A stretch of DNA of 64,000 nucleotides from Fistulifera solaris (Eukaryota), in contig AP026162.1 in the NCBI GenBank assembly GCA_030295235.1, forward strand, positions 1,674,001 to 1,738,000, written 5' to 3'. This document shows, piece by piece, positions 61,963-64,000 of the stretch; position 1 is the stretch's first letter, and every line of letters begins with the position of its first letter. Below the pieces are notes generated by a model. It searched no databases and was not told where the DNA came from. It saw only the letters and a program-made list of their open reading frames with translations. A program made the translations under genes and the position numbers.

Positions 61963-62429
61963 GGAATAAACCAGAGGAACGAATGTATTAGATGCTCGTA
62001 AATAAAGAAAGACTATATTCGGTTGTTTATAATTCCCTTAGGGTGCAATGGAGTTATTACCGGAGTATTATTTTTTGTTCATTTTGCGTTTTGTCGTCTC
62101 CCCTCAGACTTTTTGTCGTTCCGTGATTCACTTGCACATAGTAACGTTTTGCTACGACATCACGTAGAATCTTACGTCTTTTGCTACTGAAAGAAAGGCT
62201 TGGTCCCGGACCTCGTTCTCGCAGTTCTGCGAAGCATTTCGACGTCAACCAAGATGCTCATTTCGCATGCACACGCCACTTCCTTGCGTGAACTGTTTGA
62301 TCTCTTCATTTTGATCAAAACGCTCATCTTTCTATTCATATTTCTGTTTTGAGTTGCTTCTTTTGCCACGTGAAGAAGACGACACCATGGCTCGACCGAA
62401 CGAAAAGAATCGCAAAACGAAAAAGGTCA

Positions 62430-64000
62430 GTTCCTCGCAAAACTCCGAGCCGAGTGCAACAAGAGTTGGATGAAAGTGCAGCCGACGGTGGGAATCCTAC
62501 AGAGGAAGAGTTAACAGCGGCAAAGACTAAGGTGAAGGAGAGCTTCCTGGCGGTCTTGTTTCTTGTCAATAGCGACCAGCACAGATTTGGCGAGCTGTTA
62601 CTTAAACGTTGAGAATGACTTCACGCTCGGGACTCAAAAGTATCCGCAGACACTCAGTGCCGCGTACGACTGTTTGATGAACTACAGGGCGGTTCCGGTT
62701 GAGCGCCAAAGAGACGATGGTGGCGGCCTGGCATTCTTCAATAACGGACAAGAAGGCCGGCGGGAGGTCGAGCAGGGCAGCGGACAAGGCGGCCGGGAAA
62801 GCAATGGAGGGCGAGGACGAGGCCGCGGGCGTGGCGGCGGACGCGGAGACGGAAACGCAAACAACTCATCGGGCGCCAAAGTATCGGACAATGGAGATGA
62901 GGAGATAGACCACTCACAATATCTCTTAGACCAAGCCGGTAATAATAACGATGAAGTTGCTGCGTACACTATGGACTACGTAGACCGATTAGAGACTTGC
63001 TTACAAGTGTTAGGACACAATGGTGTGCAGGCCGACACTCTTCTCCTAGATAGTTGCTCAACAGTGTGCCTCATATCAAACGGAAAACTGCTACATGGTA
63101 TTCACGACGTGGATCGGCCAATGCGTGTGCGGTGCAATGCCGGAGTCCGGGCAACGAGCAAAATGGGATACTTGGGCTCGTTTCCCGAACCGGTGTGGTA
63201 TGATCCCGGAGGAATAGCAAATATCCTGTCTCTTTTTGTCGTGCAGAAATACTATCCCGTTACCTTTGACAGCTCGGGAGGACAACAGTTTTAAAGTTCA
63301 CCTGGCTAACGAGACTCTCTGCTTCCGACCAACTGCTAAAGGGCTATATGCCATGGACGGAAATGCAAGTGAAAAATGTGAATGGGCTATGGTTACAACT
63401 GTACAGCAAAAGATGTCCGGGTACTCAGCACGAGCTGCATAATGCTGCCGTGCCGCAAGAACCGTACAAAATATTATGATGTACCCCAGCGACCGTCAGT
63501 TCGAAGAAATCGTTGATCACAACCTGATTAAAAACTTGGACGTGACTCGGTCTGATATTCAGGCGGCTAGTGATATCTTTGGTCCCAACCTAGGCTCGTT
63601 GTAATGCGGAAGACTGTCGTAAAGCGTCGCCCCGAGTGCAAAGCATGGCCAACGGTATTCCCGCAGACATTCAAGAAAGGTGCAAAAACATCGTTCTCGG
63701 AATTGACATACTGTTCGTGAACAAAATTCCGTTCTTCATCACCACGTCCCGTGACCTGCACTTTGGAACCGTGGAAGACCTCAACAACCGACAAATCCCC
63801 ACCGTCTCCGAGGCTCTTGGGGCGTGTTGTTAAGCTATACAAGCGTCGTGGACTAAAAGTGGTCGCCATCACGGCGGATCGCGAATTTGCTCCGCTTGAA
63901 GTTGACTTCCCAGGCGTGACATTCAACTTTGCCTCCGCTGATGAGCACGTGCCTGAAATCGAACGCTACATCCGAACCGTTAAGGACCGAGTGCGCAGCC
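62430..64000 (+). mobile_element. Degenerate Ty1/Copia LTR retrotransposon (CoDi-like) gag-pol, continuing past the window end
   Basis: Gag-like ENDFTLGTQKYPQTLSAAYDCL; Gly/Arg-rich linker; protease LLDSCST; IANILSL; integrase IDILFVNKIPFFITTSR, ADREF, EHVPEIERYIRTVKDRVR. Frameshifts and an in-frame stop near 63602. Confidence 0.88.

Overview
Gene-dense eukaryotic nuclear DNA with short GT-AG introns. Bipartite plastid-type N-termini and a CoDi-like Ty1/Copia remnant suggest a pennate diatom (inference). It holds about 26 protein-coding genes, including a GBF1/GNOM-type Sec7 ARF-GEF missed by the ORF track, SMC1, class II eIF4E, CWF19L1, SMPD4, a POT peptide transporter, ALG9, TBC1D22, UMP1/POMP, an aminotransferase, a cathepsin L-like protease and an NSUN methyltransferase, plus one intron-containing tRNA-Lys(CTT). 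Many genes carry single-base frameshifts, mostly in homopolymers, which are probably assembly errors. The most unusual items are: (1) a Roco-like protein with degenerate ROC GTPase motifs, a COR region and an intact trypsin-like serine protease, head-to-head with (2) a CDK-like kinase fused to a cyclin-box-like tail; (3) a ~1.6-kb inverted duplication, containing a 500-bp foldback and mosaic gene fragments, that brackets a ~30-kb block; (4) three unrelated tandem arrays, each in a divergent promoter; (5) dense 7-bp tandem micro-duplications upstream of genes; (6) a probably catalytically dead glucose-6-phosphate isomerase paralog. All family assignments come from motif recognition by eye; no searches were run.
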